Part shown: one piece after another, positions 1 to 12,815 of the stretch
How positions within the stretch are numbered: the stretch's first letter is position 1
Layout of the letters: the number at the start of each line of letters is the position of its first letter
DNA from: Lama guanicoe
Lineage: Eukaryota
Direction: 5' to 3'
DNA length: 64,000 nucleotides
NCBI GenBank assembly: GCA_013239625.1
Contig: MU054132.1
Location: forward strand, 186,001 to 250,000
The notes under the pieces: generated by a model
Databases searched by the model: none
Told to the model about the DNA's origin: nothing
The model's input: only the letters and a program-made list of their open reading frames with translations
Translations under genes and position numbers: made by a program

Positions 1-2333
1 CCGGAGTAGGCGTCTGGAGTTAGAGAAAAGGGGGCCAAGAAATGTCAGCTGGATGAGGGAGGCCGCCAGGGTACAGAGCATAGACTGATAGAAGTTCCTA
101 CAGGCCAAAGGGAGGAGCAGGGGCACAGGCAGTGAAGGAAAGGAAAACCCACGCCCCCGAAAAGGCTTCATGGAGGACGGGTCCTCTGAGCTGTAGATTG
201 GTAGGATGGATGGGTGGTTTTGTCAGGTAGGCAGCTGGAAAGGCACCCTAGACAGGATAGTGTGGGCAGAGGTGGGTGGAAACAGCCTCCACCCAGGTCT
301 CAGATAACCCCTGCAAGACATTTACTGAGTGTACCCTGGGTCAGGGGCTAAAGGGGCATTTAAGTTCCCAGAGGGGCAGAACTGATCACAAGGGCCCATC
401 CAGATGTGAGCGCACCAGAGACAAGGACATCTAATTTGCATGTGCTTCTCCTGGCACCAGAAGTCCCCTACCTGCAAGAAAATATCCATTCCCCCCACTG
501 CCATCGCTTCACGGCTAGGGTAGAAGGATCTGAGCAAGAGGCTTCATTTTGTTCCTAGCCAAGGCCAAGAATCCATCAGGCTTCTGAGTGGAGGACCCCA
601 CAGACAGACAGGTGTGGCTATAGCCCCAGCCCAGGTGTCCAGAGAGGGGAACAACCCCCAGTACCGAGGCAGGGTTGGGGGAAGCATCTGCCCTGCAGAA
701 GCCACAGAACCATCCAGGGTGCAGGTCCAGGGAGCAGCTCTGGGGCACCCTGGGGAGTACAGGTAAGGGCACTGTGGGGCTTCAAGACACACAATGGTTT
801 CTCCCCACCTCTGCTTGGCCCTAGATGGTGGAGGTGTCTGGGGCCACACAGGAAAGTTGCAGTGTCAGACCCAAAGAGGCACCTGAACCTCAACTACACA
901 GATGAACTTCCACTCTTAACCCCATTTACTAGAGAAGGTAAAGGCCTCTGAGCAGCAGGTCAGCACTTGTTACCCTCCATGCAGGGCTCTAGGGAGCAGG
1001 GATGACACAGCTCCGTCTCTGGGGAGGAAACTTCTTTCTCGCTTCCCAGTCTGCCTGGACCTGGGTGGTACAGCTGTTAGCGGAGCAGCACCCCTAGAAC
1101 CTTGTGGAGAGGCTGGAGCTGGACAGGGTGCTTCTGGAAGTCACCTCTACCCCCAGGGACTCCTATCCCAAGCCCCTGACTGGGCCCTGGAACTTGATCC
1201 AAGGAACTCTATTTCTCTGCTTCTTTGAAGAGAAGTAACCAGGCCAGGCTGGATGGGGCAGACCTGGAGTGAGGGGAGGTGCTCGCGTCCTGCTCTGGCT
1301 GCCAATAGCTGCCTCTGATTTCCCCTTAAAGCCCAGGCCTCCCAGGGACTCCAACCAGCCTTTGCAGAGAGCCTGAGTGGGCATGGTCCTGAGGAGGTAC
1401 CTGGTAGGGTGGCTGGGAGAGGTGGCCCAAGCCAGAAGAGTGGGGTTGGGGGCCAGACTTGGGCCTCAGGCATACAGAGGTCTGGAAGGGGGCAGAACCC
1501 AGCTCTTTGGATAAGAAAGGCCTGCTGTCTTCTCAGGCCTATCCTCGAACTGCAATGCACAGTCAGACTTGCTGCTGGGGCCCTCGTGCAGCCCCCCAGC
1601 CCCAGATTGCCCCTGGATGTCGATGTCTGCCTCATCCATTCATTCAGGAACCCAGTCCTTTAGCAGTAAATTCTGTGATTCTGGGGGAGACTCGGTGGGG
1701 CCACAATACTGGCTGAGGGATTGCACAAGATGACCTCAGGGGGTGCTCCAGCCCAGGCCACGTAGGTCTGATCCATCTTCCCCAAAATAGGACTGGCTTG
1801 TCCTCCCTGGCCCTCCTGCTCCTAGAGTCTGCCATGAAGTTATGTCTGGTCATCTGATTTATAATAGGAAGCAGCTCCATTCCCTCCCCTGAGGCTAGGG
1901 CCAAGGTGGTCAGACTGTGGGGGCCTTAGAAAAATAAACTCAGTCCAGCCGGGTCCTGGCAGCCCTGCCCTGCCCACCCCTAGACAGGCCAACTCCATGC
2001 CCTGTCCCAGTTTGTGTGGGCACAGCTGCCCTGAGCCGGAAAACCACTCCTGGAATAACTCTGTCTGATGTGAACACCCCAGGGCAGGGTCTATGCCCTC
2101 TCCTAGGTTCTCACAGCCAGGAGGAGCCCTGCTAGTCCTTAGGGAGGTTGAGGAAGATGAAGCCACATTCTCCAAGGTCTGATGTGCTCTCAGGAGTCTT
2201 GGAAGAAAAAACTAGGATGCACCAGGAGCCCAGAGGCCTCGGTTGGAAGCACAGGGCAGCCTCCAGGAGGCTGTAGCCTGAGTCATGGTGCAGCCCAGTG
2301 CCCTGCCCTCCAGGTGCTCTCAGGTTAGTCCTC

Positions 2334-2491
2334 AGGACCAGGATTGATGACATAACATACAGGGCCAGTACACAAAGAAAATATGAGACCCCTTGTTCAA
2401 AAATTATTAAGAATTTCAAGATGGGGACAGCAGAGTGTTAACCAAGCACAAGGCCCTTCTGAGAGTGGGGCCCTATGTGAAGCCAGCCCTG
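2334..2491 (-). mobile_element. hAT DNA transposon fossil (MER45A-like)
   Basis: Resembles the recalled MER45A core (ccccttgttcaaaaattattaagaatttcaagatgg...ggcccttctgagagtggggccc) with CAGG...CCTG ends. Confidence 0.55.
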
Positions 2492-2615
2492 CTCAGGAAA
2501 CACATCTTGGGTGAGACACACATGGGTAGATGGAGGCAGGCCTGAAATTTGGGTACCATTCCTGGGGTGTCTGAGCACCGGCTCTGGCCAAGCCAGCTCT
2601 GCCCTCCCTCTGTAG

Positions 2616-3171
2616 TTATCACTCTTTGCTGTGTCTTCAACTGCCGTGTGCCACGGACCCGGAAGGAGATTGAAGCCCGGTACCTGCAGCGAAAGGCAGC
2701 CAAGATGTACACAGACAAACTGGAGACTGTGCCACCCCTCAACGAGCTCACGGAAGTCCCCGGAGGTGAGCAGGCCTCAGCCCTCAGCCCAGCCACTATT
2801 TGACCCTGTCACGCCTACCAGCTCCTTGGTCCTGCTGCCTGGAGTTGCCCTATTCCTCCCCTGCACCTGGTTGAGGGCCAGGACCCTGCCCTGTCCCTGG
2901 AGACTAGAGCACAAATAACGGGTCAGAGTGAGGCAGGGAAAACAAGGAGCTATTCTGCAGGTAGGAGGTTTGGAAGGAAGAAAGAATGAAGGGCTGGACT
3001 GGGAGGCTCTGGCGTGGACCCTAGGGCCCAATCTAACCCCTGTTGCACGCCTCTTTCCTCTATCCTTCAGAGGATAAGAAGAAGAAGAAGAAAGACAGTG
3101 TGGATACAGTGGCCATCAAGGTAGAGGAGGATGAGAAGAATGAGGCCAAGAAGAAGAAAGGAGAGAAATGA
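2616..3171 (+). CDS. TMIE: TMIE (transmembrane inner ear protein), last two coding exons: 2616-2765 and 3071-3171
   Basis: tgtag|TT ATC ACT...GGA G|gtgag (150 nt) encodes [49 protein letters not shown]; ttcag|AG GAT...TGA encodes [33 protein letters not shown]. Matches the TMIE C-terminus as recalled; earlier exons were not found and presumably lie upstream of the window. Confidence 0.97.
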
Positions 3172-4342
3172 GAGATTCCTCATTTCTGGAAGCTCTGGAA
3201 GCTGGCCGGCCCTGGGGCTCATAGTCCTGGCCAGGGTCCAGACATCTTAGACTCTAAGCTCATACATGGACCAGAGGTGGCAGAACATCCTCTCCCTGCT
3301 CAGAGGGGGTTGCTGAGGCCCAGGACAGGGTCCTAGGACCTATCTGGGCAGAGACAAGACTACATCAGGTATGCTGCCCCCCAGCCTGGACTCCACTCCT
3401 TCCACCCATCCACGTGGCCACTCCGCAGAGGTAGTCTTGGGCCACTGTCCCTCTGTAGATCCAAAGTGGCCTGTACTCACCCAAATGTGCCTCTGGCCCT
3501 CCTCTGCCAGGAACAGCAGTGGCTAAAGGGGTAGTGGGATGAGGGTTTCGTTCTGGAAGGGGAAGGCTGACACGGACGGGCTAGATATAAGGTCATGCCA
3601 GGCTGGCCACAGGGAGGGAGAGGGTCGCTGGGGGACAGCTGTGGATAGCAACCCTGGTGGTGAGGGGACTGCCCCAAGCCTGGAAAGGGTTCTGGCCCAG
3701 GGCGGTGAGCAGAGGGTGACCAGAAGCAGAACCCCCAGCCCAAAAGATACCAAGCTCCAGGTGGTAGATGCACTTATCTTACACGTTGCTATACAGCTGA
3801 GGCTGCTGGGGGGCCTAGCACGAGGCCCGGGGGCTCAGGGCTGGGGGCTGCAGGGGTGGGTCAGGGTGCAGAAGGCTGAGGCCAGTATGCTAGAGGGAGA
3901 AGGGAAGAAAGCTGGCACCTGGGCCCCATCTTGGGAATCCAGGGAATATTTGAAAAGCCAAGGGAGACCTTGGGCTGTTCTGGTGGCCCTTTCTATGCTC
4001 AGCTGTGGTGGGAGGTGTCAGGGCCCCAGGAGGTCACCGCTGCAGGCAGTGAGAGATTGAGGCAGCAAATAGCCTTCCATCTGCTGAATATAACAGCACG
4101 CAGCTTCCTCTTCTACTCTCAACTCCAGTGCCTAAAAGACGCACTGCTGCCCAGAAGGTGAAGGCCCAAATGCCACCTGGGGACTGAATCCTTGGGGAGG
4201 GGAGATACAGAGAGGGGTTTCTAGATGGCAGTGAACATCAGCTGAGGAACTCAGACCTGGGCCTGGAGACACCAGAGGTTTCCAAGCCAGGTGGAGCTGC
4301 TGGTAACGCTCACACTGCCTCTGCATCCTGCAGAGATTCGTA

Positions 4343-4348
4343 AATAAA
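4343..4348 (+). terminator. Probable TMIE poly(A) signal AATAAA
   Basis: AATAAA about 1.17 kb after the TMIE stop codon, before the convergent PRSS50 3' end. Confidence 0.65.
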
Positions 4349-5551
4349 GCTGAGTGCCTTCCCACATCCAAGGGACCGGAGATGAGCCCTCAGATGCGCC
4401 ATCCCTGGAGCATTTATGTGGAGGGTGATGCATTGATCAGTGATAGGGACGTTCCCTCCCCTGACTTTTCTCCCAGCCTGAATTCAGATGAGCTGGAGGG
4501 AGAAATGGTGGCCAAGAGGCAGAGGGTCAGCCGCAGCCAGCGGGGCCCGGCCCTAAGGCAGGGCATCAGGACCGGGGAGGAAGCTGCCTGCTCTCCACTT
4601 GCCTCTGCTCCATCCCGTGGGTTTCAATAGGCAGGTGCTTGGGACACAGAGGAGTCAAACCTGGATCCTGATCTGGACCCAGATCATTATTACACAAGGA
4701 GAAGGACCCAAGCTGATAAAGGGGAAGGAGCACCAGGTCTTAGAGCCATCAGTGGGCAGAGAAATTACAGAAGGCCCTGATATGGAAGCTGAGTACTCAC
4801 CGTCAGTAGGTAGGAACCCTGACTCTGCCCTCAGGGACAAGCCAATGGGCTTCTCATACATATATGGTTGTGGCAAAGATCATTCTACCCACACAGGGCA
4901 GAGCCTTCCTGTTGGCTGGGCAGGAGAAGTCCAGAGGAGCAGGGGCCACTTGAAGTCAAACAGCAGCTGGTAAAGTCTGGGAGAAGTCCAGGCCCGAGCT
5001 CCATCTGTCCTGCCAGCTGCCTCTCTGACCTCTTACCTGGGCCTCCACTAGCCCTTTATGGACAGGCATGTCTGCTGATGGTGGGGATAATGTCTGATCC
5101 CAGTGGGCATCTGCCCCTGTCTCCAGCAGGAGGCTGGGCTAGAAGGTCAAGGTCCATTGCAATGTTTCAGGGCAATGACAGGATGTGTTCTAGCCACTGG
5201 TGAGGAGACGGGCCAAAGTCAAGGAGACCATACTCACCTCCCTGGCGCAGACAGAGCTGCACGCTCACCCCCAGCCTCATGCTGTGTCCTGGCAGCCCCA
5301 GCTTCAGCCTGGGCAGTACATTCTAGGCCCTCCATCATCTGACCCCAATATCATCCCTACACACTCCCTCCACCTTCTGCCGGAGCCACCCTGGACCTTT
5401 GGAGGCAGATCCTGGGACTCTACACTTTTCAGTATAAACTTCCTGAGTCACCCATCCTAGCCATCCAGTTCTCTCATCTCCCACTTGAGCAGGACCAGGG
5501 AACGAGGGGCCGCCAAGGCCCAGGAAGGAGGAGGCATGGGGAAGAGAAGTG

Positions 5552-5557
5552 TTTAAT
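5552..5557 (-). terminator. Probable PRSS50 poly(A) signal ATTAAA
   Basis: tttaat on the + strand, about 120 nt past the PRSS50 stop codon. Confidence 0.6.
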
Positions 5558-5679
5558 CGAGCACCTACTCTCCACCCTGCCTTGTGGGGCTGTGAGAGCT
5601 GCACCTGTGGCAGTCTGGGCACAGAGGGTGAGGAGGGGCCTCGGCAAGGGGGGGCTCACCCAGGAACAGCAAGAGAGTG

Positions 5680-8600
5680 TCAGAGGACAGCAAGGAGGCT
5701 GAGGGGCAGCAAGAGTGCCACGAGTAGGACCCTGGACGGGGCTGGCAGAATCTGCCCATTGAGGCGCTCCCAGATCCACTGCTGGTAGGAGGAGATGTGT
5801 AGATAGACGGGTGGGAACTCGCTCTTCTTGCAGCCTGGGCCCCAGCTCACCATTCCCACCAGGTACCATATTCTCTCCACAGGACAGGCCAAGGGCTCAC
5901 CACTTAATTCCTGTGGGGAGGGGTTGGGGAACAAAAAGGGTCAGGGAGGCTAGATGTGGTCCAAGGGAGACTTGATCCAGCTCAGGGACAAGCAGGGAAC
6001 CCTCACACTGGACCTTCCCCACAGTCCCCTAGTGTCACACAGATGAGAAGAGGTGCCCTCGAGGTCCTGACCCAGGAGACCTTCCTCCAAGGGCTCCATC
6101 TCCCATCTCTCTGCCAGTCCTCCACCCACCATCTCTTTAACACCCACCCTCCACCTTCTCACCTATCCCCATCCTTCTCCCTCATCACAAACCTCCATCC
6201 CCAATCCCCATCACTCTGACCCCAACCCCCCCATCTCTTTCCTCCCAGTCTCCATCCCTCATCCCATCTCCCACCCCCGTCTTCCCATCTTCCCCTTCGG
6301 TCACCCCTGCTCATCCCCAACCCTCCATTTTCTGTTCCCCCTCCCTTCAGGTCCTGTCTCCCCTGTGCCCCATCCCACTCCTGGCCAGGTGCCCTTGGAG
6401 GCAAGTGAGCGAGTGCGAGAGGTGCTCACATAGCAGAACTGCTCCCTGTCGACGTCCTTTGCACAAATCATCTGGGAGTTGATGATCTGAATCAGAGAGG
6501 GGATTTTGGAGAACCTGTGGTAGAGGCTGTCACACTCTGTGCTGTTCAGGATGGTGACTTCCTTCTCCTGAATGGTCCGGAACTGGGGCCATACACCTGT
6601 GGGACAGGGGCCCCATTCAGGCTTGGCGGTTTCTTTCCTGCCCACAGCCTCATGTCCATCCTCCCTCACCACTCCTCCAGCCTCTTTTCCTTGCCACACA
6701 GCAGTCCTGGAGATCTATCCAGGCTTAGCCCACCCACTATTCCAGCTGACACTTCCCAAGGGCCCCTCAATATAGAGACCCTGGAGCAGGCTACCAATGC
6801 TCTGGCCTTGCTAGACCTGGTCTCACGTCCATTGATTGAGTCCATTCTGATCTCAGCATCTTGGCTTCTGCATTCCTTCTATCCCAAATGCCTACCAAGC
6901 CCATCTCAGGTCCAAACCCTGCCTTTTCTTCAAATCTTCCCCAAAGGTCTCTTCTGTCCCTAAGCTTCCCCAGACCCCCCTCTGTGGCTCCCAGGCACTC
7001 CTCACTCCCCTCCCCACTCTCCCAAGTGTGTCTGTCCCTAGTCTGAGCTCCTGGAGGACGGAAGGCTTCAGACTGTTCCCAGCCAGTCCCCAGACAGGCC
7101 ATGGCAAGAAAGACAAAAAGCTGCCCCAGGCTGGAGACCCTGTGGGCTTTTTCAGGCAAGTTGGCACCGCGAGGCCACAGGGAAGGGCACCTCTTTTGTG
7201 GGAAAGGGAAAGGGACTCCCTGAAGGGGATGGACATTCTTGGGGCTCATAAGGAAATGAACTCTTGGATGACCCTGGGACAACACTCCTCGCTCTTTGGT
7301 CTTTGCTCCTAAATCAGGATAATGAGGGATTGAGGGCCACTGGTGGGGGAGAGAGCTGAGTAGACCCTCACTGATATCCATCTTCTGGGTGCACACTGCC
7401 CTTAGCCAGCCACGAGGGGGATCTGGGGAGCTTTTTACAGACACAGAACCCTGCTCCTCTCACCTTGGGTGTTCTGCTTCATGACATGGATGCCCTGGGA
7501 TTGTATGCAGACAGCAAAATATTACTCTGTGCCCCCTCTGCCTTCAAGGAAGTCCTGTCTACATGCCCTGGCCTGGGCCTGAAGTTTCAAGGGCAATTTG
7601 GGTCCCTTAAGGTCTGAATGGCCACAATGCATTCACTGCTGAGACTCTCAGGGGGAAAGAGACCTCAGATATGAGAGTCTGACAGCAAGTGAGGGGGCAG
7701 TGGACTCCCTAGGGAAGGTGTCTCAGAAACACCCGTTCGCGGTAGACCTGGGCCTGCACCCAAGTCCTCTCCCACACCACCCACCCTGCTGTGGGAAGGC
7801 TCCGACTCACCGTCAAGCCTGGGGAGTCCCCAGCCTGTCACAGTGCACAGGGTGTGGTCCTTCACCTCATAGTCCAAGCCGGGCAGGCAGATGGGCCAGA
7901 CATACTTGTTGTACTTGAGTGGTCGCTCAAGCTTAAGGAGGGCAATGTCATTGGCACGGCCAATCCAGGACCAGTACCGATGGGACCGGTAATGGCGGTT
8001 CATGATGACCTGCTGTGCCAGCACGTCGACAGTAGTTTTCGATACCTGGTCAATCTGCGGACTTCCCGCCCGCACTGAGTAGGTAACATCACTCCTAGGG
8101 GAATAGGGAGGGGAATCTGCCATCAGCTCCAGGAACCCCACCCCAGCCTGCACCCCCTACCTTTCACCCCACAGTTGCACTCTGAGCTAATCCAGGCAGG
8201 CCACCCACCTGCTTCAAGCCCCTTGAGCCCACTCCTCACAACAGATGTGAACAGGGCTCTGTACACACACTGCGTGGTCCAGTCCTCACAAAAACCCTTC
8301 ATTTTATGGAAAGGGAAACTGGGGCCCAAGTGACAAGTTCAAGGCTACACAGCTAAGAGGTAGTGGAGCTGGGACGTGGACCCAGCTGTCTCTGGTTCCA
8401 AACTCTGGACTCTGTCCAGCATCCCATGCTGGGCCCTGGAAGTGACAGAGGTCCTGTGCAATCCATCAGCCATGCCTTGCCTCTTGGTCTCCCTTCTTAG
8501 TGCCCCTGGAGTCTCTATGTCGACCCTTAGGCTTGGAGCATGCTTCTCCACTGGCCAGCCCTCATGGCCAACACAGATGTGGCTCTCAGGCCACTCCCTG

Positions 8601-11067
8601 GCCCCAGAACATGAGCATGCCTGCTCTCTTGTCCCCCATAGACCAGACTCCTCTGTGAGCATCTATCTTCTTGTCTGTTTTCCCCAGCTACCCAAGAGGA
8701 GTGGTGCAGCCCCCTTTTGCCTCCAGTGCTCAGGCCAGGGCCTGGCTTCAAAGAGTGTCAAGCTGTTGGTTGAATGAAGGAAGGAAGGAATAAGTGAAGC
8801 AAAGGGTGTGGAACAAAAGAATATGGACCTTTCCGTGGATAGGAGGAAGGAGGCCTAGACAGTGGGTTGCAAGCCTCCGCTTCCTATCTGTGGAACGACT
8901 GCACAGGACTCGGGGGCCAGGAGAGGGGAGCAAGTTTCCGGCTCCCAGCAAGGAATGTGCAGGGCTCAGCCCCCACCTGCTTGGAGCTGGGGTGAGGGGG
9001 GCTGGGACTATGGGGTTCTGCAGAGGACTGATAGGTCAGCTGGCAGGATGACTGGGGCCCCAGTGGCTCCAAATGTCTTTCCACCCACCCATCTAGGCCC
9101 CGACTCACTGGGTCATGCAGTGGGCCACGGTCAGCACCCAGTGGGAGGCAATGAGGGTGCCTGCACAGATGTGTATGCCATTGGCCCGCACACTGACCAT
9201 CCATGGCCACCGCCGAGCCATGGCCTCCGGATCCCTGAGGGTGGGGTCCAACTCATAGGAGAAGCCACAGGCTGAGGAGGAAAGCAAAAGGAGCCTGATG
9301 AGGAATGGGCCTTTCCAGCCACACTCCATAGCACCTCTCCCTCCTCCCCTACCCCTCAGCCCAATCTCCCACCTAGCTAGCCACTGGCCCGCACCCATCC
9401 AGTGATTCTCCCTCAGCACTGGTCATCACATAATGATGCTGTCCATGTGAGGACAGGGGTCTCCAGCCTCGGAAGGGCCTCAGCACTCCCCAGGTATCCC
9501 TATCTCCCTGATCCCACAGACCAGGCCTCAGGGTCTTCCCAGTAGACCAGCCTGGTGTGCCACTGGCCCCTGTGTCCTGGCTGAGCAGACTTCAACTTTG
9601 GCCAGGCCCCTCACAAACTCATCTCTGTTTCCATCTGGTTCCCCTACTTCAGCCAAGGCAGATCCCTTCCCCTCTAAGATCCTCCTCCTCAGTGAAAGGA
9701 AAGGCAGATGACCTAAGAGGGAAAACTGGGCAATGTGCACAAACACACACCTCTAAGGATGAAACCCTAGCAGCAAATGAACACAGAAGATGCTCAGCCC
9801 CATTAGTCATCAGGGAAGTACGGACTCAAATCACAGTGAGGTTCTGCTCACCGCCACCTGCCAGGTAAAATTAAATGTCCCTGATACCAAGTGCTGGTGA
9901 GAATCACGGCCCCAGACTGCTCACTCACTGCTGGTGGGAGTGTCAGTGGGTGCAGCCACTTTGGAAAAGCTTTTATGGAAACGTTATTTAAACTGAAGAT
10001 GCACATATACAACGTCACAGCAGCCCCACTCCTACGTGTTCCAAATGGATTAGCGGATTGTGAGATCAGTTGCACCAGGGGCACCACGACTAGCAGCTGT
10101 AAAGGCTAACACAGGAGAGGGAACAGCAGCACGCACAGCAGAGTGCTGCTGGGTTGTGTGTGAGAGACTTTCTGGGGCAGTTAAACTGTGTACACTGAGT
10201 TCCAGGGTGAGAAATATTTATGTGGACCTTACTTAAACATGTGTTAAAGCCGCTGCTGGAGAAAACATCTTGTGGGTGTGCCCCCGAGACACCCAATGGA
10301 AGGCTCCCTGAAAGCTATGCTGGAGATCCCTAAAGGCCTTGGTTGGGAGCCTGGGTCAGGGCCTGGCGCGGGCTGAGAGGCGCCGGCCCCACAGGCCATT
10401 CAGGGAGGCAAGACCATGCAGCCCACCCCAGGCTCTTTCCACCTTCCTTGCCTCCTAACTCACCAGGATGAGAGGCCTGGCCCACAAAGGTACTCAATAA
10501 ACACTGGTAAAAGGAAGGTCTCCTCTCACTCTCCCTGCCCCCTCTTTCTCGGTCCCTTAAGAGCCTCAGGACTGCTCGGGCACCTTCCTCCCGCGTGGAG
10601 GGCACAGGCCTCACCAGGAAGTAAGTCGTCGTCGGCAGCTTTAGAAGCACTGTACTGCTGGGTCGTCTTGGCCTGTGGTGTGGTCCTGGGCGGCGGGCTG
10701 GTCCTGGGCGGGGGGCTGGGCGTGGGAACCTGGTGGACGCCTGCCGGCGGAGGCGATGCCCGCCGGAGGGACAGGTGGCATTGGAAGCACAAGGGGCGCC
10801 AGGTTTGGCCGGGGCAGCCATGGACAGTGCCGTCGACGCTTGGCCAGCGCCCAGGCAACCTGTGGAAGGACGCAGAGAGGATCAGAGGTGGAGGCCGGGC
10901 CTGAGCGCGGAGGGGCGGGGGCGGGCCTCACCCGCGGGCGGCGGCGGCAGCAGCAGCAGCAGGAGGCCGGCGTGCGCGAGGGCGAGGGCCCGGGCCCGGG
11001 CCCGGGAGGGCGTCTGAGGGCGCTGGGGGCTGGGCCTGCCGGCCCGCGGCCCACACCGGGATTCCAT
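5680..11067 (-). CDS. PRSS50: PRSS50 (testis-specific protease 50, TSP50), 6 coding exons, with an apparent 1-nt frameshift in exon 2
   Basis: Exons 11067-10932, 10859-10615, 9271-9109, 8094-7811, 6596-6430, 5910-5680, all GT-AG. Peptides CGFSYELDPTLRDPEAMARRWPWMVSVRANG, TVAHC, ANDIALLKL, WPQFRTIQEKEV, FCY|ELSGEP and a hydrophobic tail match TSP50. Exon 2 is 245 nt between two phase-1 introns, so the frame is broken as written. Confidence 0.93.
8280..8410 (+). mobile_element. MIR SINE fragment
   Basis: ttcattttatggaaagggaaactggggcccaagtgac...aaggctacacagcta...ggagctggga resembles the MIR core. Confidence 0.55.
9700..10260 (+). mobile_element. Old L1 3' fragment in PRSS50 intron 2
   Basis: ttagtcatcagggaagt...ctgctggtgggagtg...cagccactttggaaaa...cagcagccccactcct is a degenerate L1 ORF2 end / 3' UTR. 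Confidence 0.6.
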
Positions 11068-11350
11068 CCGCGGGAAGCAGCAACCGCTCCACTCCTCTTG
11101 CGACGGCTCTCCTGGGACCCGCTCCACGACGGCGCCCCCCACTGGCGGCCGGCGACGGCTTCTGTGGTGTGGTGGGCCCTGGCGCTCCCGGTCCCGCCCG
11201 CGCAGCGCCCCCCAGTGACCCCCCGCGATGGTGCTTCCGGTGTCTGGGCCGCCCTCAGGCCGGCTGGACCCGTGTGTGGCTTGACGGCGCCCATGACTGC
11301 CTGGCTTCTGGCCAGCCCTCTCCCCTCCTGGGACCCCGTCTCTCTCAGTC
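10590..11350. promoter_or_regulatory. CpG island over PRSS50 promoter and exons 1-2
   Basis: GC-rich and CpG-dense, spanning the ATG at 11067; boundaries approximate. Confidence 0.8.
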
Positions 11351-12815
11351 GGCCTGGCCAAGCAGTTTCCTGGAGACTCTTAACCTCACCTCGGCTGGTT
11401 CCTGCACCTCCTCCTCCGGCAGCCCATTTCCATCCCTACTGGATGAGAGGGAAGCCCAACCCCAGGGGCTGACATCCAGGATTTCCAAGCGGCCCCGCTT
11501 GCCTTCCAACCTGATGACTACAGTGGGGCCTTGCCCCAGGGCACTGAAATTAAGCAGACTGATATGTTTTCGATAGTGATTTTTCAAGAGTGCAAAATTT
11601 TAAGCAGCGTCTCCCTCAGCGTCCATTCAGCAAATACCCTTCCCTTACAGATCCACCTTTTTGGGAAAGATGGCGCAGGTGAGGTTTCCATTCACAAAGA
11701 ATGCGTGATGGTAACCACTGGGCCCTTTTGGGAGCAGAAGGCCACTTTATGTGTTGGAACTGGGGGAACATTTTGATGGCTCAGTGACACAGATAGATAA
11801 TACAATTAAAAAGTAGTGTGGGGAAATCCTGTGAAAAGCTTTGGTTCAAAGTTGTTAAAATTCTAGCCTAATAAAAGATAGGGTGAAAGGTAAATCAAGT
11901 CAGGACAATCTAACTTTTGCCAGGGCCTGCTGTCTTGGGAACGACACTAGGGCTGGTCATTCAGTGCTCCAGTCTCCTGCAAGCCATATCCACCACCCTC
12001 TGGAGCCCTTAGCCACTGTGAACCTGAGGCCCACCAGGTCTGAGGGGCCCCCACGCTACCTTTCACACCGTTGGCAGGGCTCTGCCCTCACAGTCTGGCT
12101 AGCTTGGGCTTGTCCTTGCTCTTCAGAGTTTGATGGAGGCCACTGAAGCAGCCCAGGAGTTGAGGATGCAGTCACCTCACACAATCACCCAAGCAGGTAC
12201 TCTGCCTTGCTCCTCCCTGCCCCTCATCATCACCCACCCCTGCCAAGGATGGAAGAGGAACCAGTCAGGTTCTGTAGGTGATATGAGGGGTTGGGAGAGG
12301 TCCACAGGTTCCGGTCCACAAGTGCAGGTCTGGTCATTGTGAGTTTCGTGGGAAGAGGCCAACCCTCATAGTAAGACCTGAGGGAAACCATTGGTCAGAG
12401 ACCCAAGGAAGGGCCATGGGGGCCTGGGGATTGCTGGAGTACTGGGATGACTAAGCAGAGAGTGGGGATCACAGAATCCAGCTCTATGTTTGGCTGAAGA
12501 GGAAACTGTAGCCCAGAAAGGGAAACACATTGAGCACAAGTACAAGGAATACTGTCGGGGAGGCTTCCCTTGAGAGGACAGCCAGGTCTCTTGGGGGTGG
12601 GGAGGCTTTGAAGGGTCTGGCCAAAGTCAAGATTGATGACTTCAGTGGTACAAAGTTCAAGAGCATCTTCATTGAACTACTGAAAAAACAGTGGCTCTGG
12701 GACCCTCCCCCAGGGTACTCTGCCTGATGTCCTGTTCTCTGCCAGTCTCCACTTCTCCTGAGGATGGACAGAGAAGAAGAAACAGCCTCCTGGGGGACTG
12801 CCCTGGAAACATCAC

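Noticed and set aside
6090..6380. C/T-rich tract in PRSS50 intron 5
   Set aside because: Low-complexity sequence with no regular unit; no evidence of function.
10675..11472. 265-aa plus-strand ORF and other long ORFs over PRSS50 exons 1-2
   Set aside because: Expected in a GC-rich CpG island poor in stop codons; low-complexity product with no recognisable domain.
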